DNA of 64,000 bases, from NCBI RefSeq assembly GCF_009834535.1, contig NC_045707.1, forward strand, positions 45,882,001-45,946,000, in the 5' to 3' direction. The translations under genes and the position numbers were made by a program. Below the pieces are notes generated by a model. That model did not search any database. It was not told the origin of the DNA and worked only from the letters and a program-made list of their open reading frames with translations. Source of the DNA: Camelus ferus (Eukaryota). The first letter of the stretch is position 1. Every line of letters starts with the position of its first letter. This document shows positions 59,801 through 64,000 of the stretch, one piece after another.

Positions 59801-60465
59801 CAGTTGAATCAGGATTTGAACCTAATGGTCTTGATTGCATACTCTGTCCCTTTCCCTATAATACCTATTGCCTGTTTTACCATTTCTAGTACTTTTTTGC
59901 AAAGCAAAACCAAGGAAGCTATTATTGTTGAGCCTCATGTATCCTATAACACAAAACATTACTGCTTTCACAACCTCAAATGAGTTCCTAAGCCACTGAA
60001 TTTATAGCTTGATCAGTGGTTTAGTAACTTAGTTTCATGGTCCATACGACCAAGTGGATAGCAGTTAAGTTGCAAGGCTTTCCTATGAAGTCTGTCAGAC
60101 TGCATTTATATCCAGGTGATTGCCATACACTGTAAGGCTTGAGAATACTACAGGTTTTATTTTAAGTTTTGAAAATTAGATCTTATTAAATAAGCCTACA
60201 AAGAGCATTAATGCAGAAATTACTTATATCTTTGTACTGAATCACTCTAATTTACAGCCTTGTTCCTCTTTCCCCCTTTTCTCTTTTGAGGTTGTCCAGA
60301 CTACTACTCAGATTGCCAGCTTTGAGATTGATGAACGCTACCATCACCGAAGAATTGTTTTTCAAAGGTCTCATTGGCAATGTACGAATTGACAGTGTTA
60401 TCCCACATATTTTAAAAATGGAACCTGCAGATTATAACTCACAAATAATTGGTCACAGCATTTGA
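36089..60465 (+). CDS. NR2C1: NR2C1 / testicular receptor 2 (TR2), complete multi-exon CDS, 1815 nt = 604 aa
   Basis: Thirteen exons join in frame from [18 protein letters not shown] through the C4 zinc fingers ([28 protein letters not shown]...CQYCRLQRC) and the LBD to ...[10 protein letters not shown]. Confidence 0.98.
36521..37322. mobile_element. Charlie1a/b-like hAT DNA transposon remnant
   Basis: aaggtcaaaaccattctcatagtaatactag...ggctacatgacttgtgata...catgatgttacaaaatca...gggatcctgagacc. Confidence 0.7.
38000..38922 (+). mobile_element. L2 LINE 3' portion
   Basis: catctcagtagatggcaattc...tgctcaggccaaaa...atggcctacaaagccct...ctcagtatatgtttgtctaaatg. Confidence 0.75.
39200..39430 (+). 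CDS. NR2C1: NR2C1 exon 3 ([20 protein letters not shown]...SAQHLQ)
   Basis: ttag acceptor, gtaaat donor; 231 nt, phase 0. Confidence 0.95.
40445..40990 (-). mobile_element. L1MC-like LINE-1 3' end
   Basis: ttttagaactgtttt...tatagagttccc...gacagttttgaggtgtactggtcaggt...agatttctccactgtgaagttact. Confidence 0.7.
41861..42035 (-). mobile_element. Vic-1-type SINE
   Basis: Same tRNA-like head (gctaagcatgtactctaccactgagctataccctcccc) with a long T-tract on +. Confidence 0.85.
42524..42602 (+). CDS. NR2C1: NR2C1 exon 4 ([27 protein letters not shown])
   Basis: tttag acceptor, gtaata donor; start of zinc finger 1. Confidence 0.95.
43806..43985 (+). CDS. NR2C1: NR2C1 exon 5 (DNA-binding domain, P-box CEGCKG)
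   Basis: tctag acceptor, gtatgt donor; C4 zinc-finger signature. Confidence 0.97.
44290..44545 (-). mobile_element. MIR SINE
   Basis: aatagctaa...gtaacttgcccaagttcacacaactaataagtggcagaact (MIR core). Confidence 0.7.
45039..45186 (+). CDS. NR2C1: NR2C1 exon 6 ([50 protein letters not shown])
   Basis: tgtag acceptor, gtatag donor. Confidence 0.95.
45287..45377 (+). CDS. NR2C1: NR2C1 exon 7 ([30 protein letters not shown]; contains the psi-K-x-E SUMO consensus IKTE)
   Basis: ttgcag acceptor after a 100-nt intron, gtgtgt donor. Confidence 0.94.
46505..46642 (+). mobile_element. MIR SINE fragment
   Basis: ctgccacttactagctg...tgggcaagttatttgacctctc...catctgtaaaataggga. Confidence 0.65.
47066..47285 (+). 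mobile_element. MIR SINE
   Basis: agtggttaagagcacaggcttt...cacagggttgttgtgaggattaa...ctcagtaaatg. Confidence 0.65.
48367..48551 (+). CDS. NR2C1: NR2C1 exon 8 ([21 protein letters not shown]...QTNGDVSR)
   Basis: poly-T tract with aag acceptor, gtaagg donor. Confidence 0.94.
49766..49931 (+). CDS. NR2C1: NR2C1 exon 9 ([14 protein letters not shown]...[10 protein letters not shown])
   Basis: tatag acceptor, gtattt donor. Confidence 0.95.
52096..52217 (+). CDS. NR2C1: NR2C1 exon 10 ([41 protein letters not shown])
   Basis: actag acceptor, gtaagt donor; LBD signature region. Confidence 0.95.
54159..54298 (+). CDS. NR2C1: NR2C1 exon 11 ([46 protein letters not shown])
   Basis: ttatag acceptor, gtaaaa donor. 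Confidence 0.95.
54613..54752 (-). mobile_element. Vic-1-type SINE with 15-bp TSD
   Basis: TSD CTTCCCACCAGTTTT at 54598-54612 and 54753-54767. Confidence 0.87.
55124..55157 (-). mobile_element. 5'-truncated Vic-1 SINE fragment
   Basis: ttttaatggaggtactggggattgaatcc flanked by ATT(G/C)TTTTACATTATT repeats. Confidence 0.65.
55899..56036 (+). CDS. NR2C1: NR2C1 exon 12 ([46 protein letters not shown])
   Basis: aag acceptor, gtatat donor; [14 protein letters not shown] motif. Confidence 0.95.
56065..56555 (+). mobile_element. L1MB-like LINE-1 3' end
   Basis: gaggatgtggagaaa...cagccataaaaaggaataaaa...tgattccatttatctgaaatgtccagaataggcaaatcc. Confidence 0.8.
56642..56830 (+). mobile_element. Vic-1-type SINE with internal deletion in the A-box region and expanded (TAAA)n tail
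   Basis: gggggaggtagagtgctttcttagcatccacaaggtcctggattcaatccccagtacctcc plus tail; flanking ttggatg(t/c)tttgg repeats. Confidence 0.83.
56749..56823 (+). repeat. (TAAA)18 microsatellite in SINE tail
   Basis: Perfect tetranucleotide run. Confidence 0.95.
57595..57908 (+). mobile_element. L1MA-like LINE-1 3' end
   Basis: aggtacaaacttccagttataaaataaatgagtcatggg...tcttaaaagttctcatcacaag...tgtggtgatcattttgcaat. Confidence 0.8.
58301..58406 (+). CDS. NR2C1: NR2C1 exon 13 ([36 protein letters not shown])
   Basis: tttcag acceptor, gtatct donor. Confidence 0.95.
58875..59110 (+). mobile_element. MIR SINE
   Basis: cttactagctgtatgaccttgggcaagttattt...taaaatggagataataatagtacc. Confidence 0.72.
60291..60465 (+). 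CDS. NR2C1: NR2C1 last exon coding part ([57 protein letters not shown])
   Basis: long pyrimidine tract with gag acceptor; TGA stop at 60463-60465. Confidence 0.95.
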
Positions 60466-60671
60466 AAGCTGAGATCTCAATGTAAACTGATTGTTCTTTC
60501 CCAGAACGCAAGAAGACACCAAATTGAACTCATTGCTTCCAGGACATCTGGAAAGTTTTACTTTAGAGAGTAACCAAAAACCAAGGTGTTTTTAACTTCC
60601 TTAAGAAGAATTTCTGAAGTGACTGGTCAGATAGCAGGAATTAGAATTTCCCTTCCTGTCTTATTTAAATG

Positions 60672-60770
60672 AATAAAAATTACTATGAATTTATTATTGG
60701 TTAAGATGACACCTCTAAAGCTGTCGCCTCTTGACTAAGCTTTCTCATTTTATTTTATAAAATAAATAAA
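60672..60770 (+). terminator. Candidate NR2C1 proximal poly(A) signals (AATAAA at 60672 and overlapping copies at 60761-60770)
   Basis: Hexamers 200-300 nt after the stop codon with T/GT-rich downstream sequence; a longer UTR to ~62.1 kb is also possible. Confidence 0.5.
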
Positions 60771-63042
60771 TAAGTCTCTTTTTTCCCCCCAGAATTGTGT
60801 TCTATTCGTATTTAACTTCATTATGAACTAGTACAAACACTTAATCATCAGAAATCCCTAAGGAGAATTTTCTTGCATTTTACTCTTCCATAAATAATGT
60901 TTGTTTTAATTACCTGTCAAAAGAAGATTATTTTATGCTCAGTGGTATATGATAACATTAGAACTATAGGAGATAATTGAATATATGTATTTTTTGTCTT
61001 TTGTAAATATTATGGAACCCTTAGCATATATCACTCTCATTGCTGGCAATGAGACATACGCCATTCATGATCCTGAGCTGATCTTCTTAATGTTGTATAT
61101 TACTAGTTAGTAAGCACTTTTTATTTATGTATGTAGCAGAAAATTGTTTCTAAGAATAAGATAGGGTTCATGTTTTAATATTTTTGGTTTGTTGCGTTAC
61201 ACAAGTAGTAGAAACTGATTGAGCCTCAGATGTTTCATTATTTCAAAGTAGATATTAAAATTGTTGCTCTTTCATTCCACAAAAAGCCTCTGACCTCTCT
61301 CCCTCTTTTCTGACCTGCATTATAGCTTCCTGACCGTTCCATGGGTTTTAGCCAATTTCTTTTAAGTCATTAGAAATAACCTAATTTGTTAAATAATGGG
61401 TTTATCATAACTAATCTGTGTTTTCAAGGTAAGACAATTACTTTAAACCAACTGATAATTTTTTAAGACTGGATTTTTTTTAATATATAAAGGAATATGC
61501 ACTGATGTTTTACTGTAAAGGGGGAGAGGCTGTTTTAACAATAGTATGAGTATCAGCTACCACAACAAAAGCATTTTAGACTCCTTGGGTGTCTTCCACA
61601 GTAATGTTTTCTTTAGAAAAACATGATAGTGTTAAATATTTCTTTGCCATAATTTCATGATGAATTATTTTGGTATGTCTATTTGTTGATTTAAAGAAAA
61701 AACAAAAATAGAGATTTTATTGCACTCAGTACATTTTTTATAAAGATTTTTACAATAGAAGAGAAGCAGAATTTTGGGGACGGGTATAGATTTTACTAAT
61801 TGCTACTTTATAGTAAATCAAAAGTTTTGAAGTATCAATTTACAGTCTTTCCCAACTTATTAAGGGAAAACTTTTTCCCTGTTTAAAACATGATTTTTGT
61901 CAACAGGTTTATTTATAGTTACCAGCTGAGAAAACTACATTTAGTACAAAATACTCAAAGGAAAAATCAGTAGGTTTATACCTTTATAAACCCAATGAAA
62001 TTAAGCTACAGATTCAGGAAAAAATTATTTAAAATAATGTACTGTTAATTAAAATATATGTTTCACGTATTTTTTCCTGATTAAATTTATAGTTATATTT
62101 TGGAAGTGTTTTTAAAACTGTATTAAAATGTGACCTGCATTACAAACTTCAGTTTCCTGCCAATATATTTGATTTCAAAGGCCTGTTTGTTCAATGTTTG
62201 GTCATCCTTTTATTTGTTTCATTATTAAGAAATCTCTAGTAAGATTTATTAAAGTACTTTCAAGAAGGGAAAACATCTCCATATCTCAATATTTTAGAAT
62301 TATTTACAATTCAGTTTGAAGAGTTCCAACTAAATATTACAGATTAATTATTCATTTATTTTCATTTTCTTCCTCTCCTAACATCTCAGTAAAGTGTAAC
62401 CATACGATAACAAATGAAACAAGAAAGAAGAAATCAGGGCATAAGAGAGTACAGTAAATTTTGGGAAAACAAAATGCAGGTAAAGATTGATTTAGCAGAG
62501 CCAGAAACAAGGAAACTCTAATCTGAGTGCCTGCAAAAGGTAATGCAGTGAGAAAGAAGCTAGTATGCTTTGCAATGTCTGGAAACAGTGTTCGGTACCT
62601 GGGGAAACCAGGTACTCACATTCAGAGATGGTGCTTGGGGCATAAAAAGAGATTGGTTGCAAGTCTGTTTATAGACTATCTTTCTGTACTGTTACTTAAG
62701 TCAAATGACCATTTTTTATCCTTCAACCTTTAAAAGCAGGACGCCAGAGGTTAATAATCTTGAGAAGCTAAACCAGAAGATCGTAAGATTTATAGGATAC
62801 CAGGGATAACAGAAGGCTTGGATAACATGTAGGGTTGAAAATACGGATTAAGTGGAAATATGCATTCTGAATATGGACTCTCTAAGACGTTCCCAGAATG
62901 CTGGCCATTCGGTATTTCGGTATATGCTTCTCCACCAGGATTGATTTTTTTTTTTTTTTTTTTAAGAAACTAATTGGCCCCAGAGAAAAGATCTCCAGAC
63001 ACTCACTTTTGGTTGTGACTTAATAAGAATCCTGCTTGGGAC

Positions 63043-63477
63043 AGAGGGTACAGAATATTGACACCCCAAATGTGCCACTTTGGCGTGCGGGTTATTTCAA
63101 ATTGAAGACAATCAAGGCCCAACAGACAGAGCTGTTTACCTTCCCTTACCAGGAAGAGAGCTGTTAAAGACGACTTTTCATATCAGAAATTTATCTGCAT
63201 GGCATGGCAAACATGTTTACCAAACATCTGCTCTTCTTGTCTTCCTGTGATTTGTCCTCCTTCCCTTTTAAGCCCTTGACCTCTGCCCCCTTCTCCTTCT
63301 CCTTAGCTCAGGACGGCATGTAAGCCTCAGTTGCCTTACTGTCTTTAGATCTCGTGTCTTTGGGGCTCCCGTACATATGAAATTTGTCTTTCCTGTTCAT
63401 CTGTCTTATGTCAACTTAAATATTAGGCCAATCAAAGAAACTAGAACGGAAGAAGGGGAAAGCTTTCTACCCCTACA
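63043..63477 (+). mobile_element. MER34-like ERV1 solo LTR
   Basis: cagaatattgacaccccaaatgtgccactttggc...ctgtcttatgtcaac...ends ccctaCA. Confidence 0.65.
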
Positions 63478-63479
63478 CT

Positions 63480-64000
63480 GTCAATTCGTTTGTCTTTATA
63501 GATTTGTCACTAGCAATTGAAGGAATGAAATTATTTAGGCAATGCTTATCAGTGGCTGCTAAAATCATTCATTTTTTAATGAAACAAGCAGATACCACGT
63601 GTGCTCCTTAAAGGAAGGATATCATCACCTATGAAATACACTTAAAAAAAGAACCTAAATCTTGTCAAGCACCTAGGTTTAATTACTAATAGACAGGAAC
63701 ACAGGGACACAATCAACAAAATCCAGATAGTGGAAAACTACAGGAGATAACTGCCAGATTTTTGTCAAATAAATTGGAAGGACGAAAAAAAAAAAAAAAA
63801 GCAAGTGGAAAATGGGGGAATACTATGGATTAAAAGAAAATCAACCAGGTACAACATATGGACCTTATTTGGACAAATTGTAAAAACAACAAAAAAAAAA
63901 ATTGGAGGAATTTGAATCCTCAGTGGATATTTGAAATTGAGCATTTACTAACTTTTTGAGGTGAGAGAATGGTAATATGGTTATGCTTTTAAAAGAATTC
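63480..64000 (+). mobile_element. Old L1MC/ME-like fragment
   Basis: atggaccttatttgga...ggatatttga...aatggtaatatggttatg L1M 3'UTR-like motifs. Confidence 0.5.

Overview
Mammalian genomic DNA, most likely camelid, judging by six copies of the tRNA-derived Vic-1-type SINE. It holds two + strand protein-coding genes in tandem. (1) The 3' part of FGD6: 12 coding exons at 803-19973 encoding the end of the DH domain, PH1, FYVE and PH2, then a ~4 kb 3'UTR ending near 24005. (2) The complete NR2C1/TR2 orphan nuclear receptor gene: a CpG-island promoter and non-coding exon 1 at ~25.1-26.1 kb, then 13 coding exons at 36089-60465 that join in frame to 604 aa. Introns contain ordinary interspersed repeats (L2, MIR, L1M, MaLR, hAT-Charlie, an ERV1-type LTR). 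The most notable accessory element is an antisense, TSD-flanked, disabled GTSF1 retrocopy nested in an old L1 just upstream of the first coding exon of NR2C1. Other points worth checking are inverted SINEs around the frame-preserving exon 12, a rare GAG acceptor, an IR7/IR0 nuclear-receptor element in the NR2C1 promoter, an 89-bp duplication and a miRNA-site cluster in the FGD6 3'UTR, and several tiny TSD-flanked retro-insertions. I cannot support a claim of a new biological system; the findings are testable hypotheses. Exon numbers for NR2C1 assume a single non-coding exon 1. Repeat family names come from recognition rather than a database search, and repeat boundaries are approximate.
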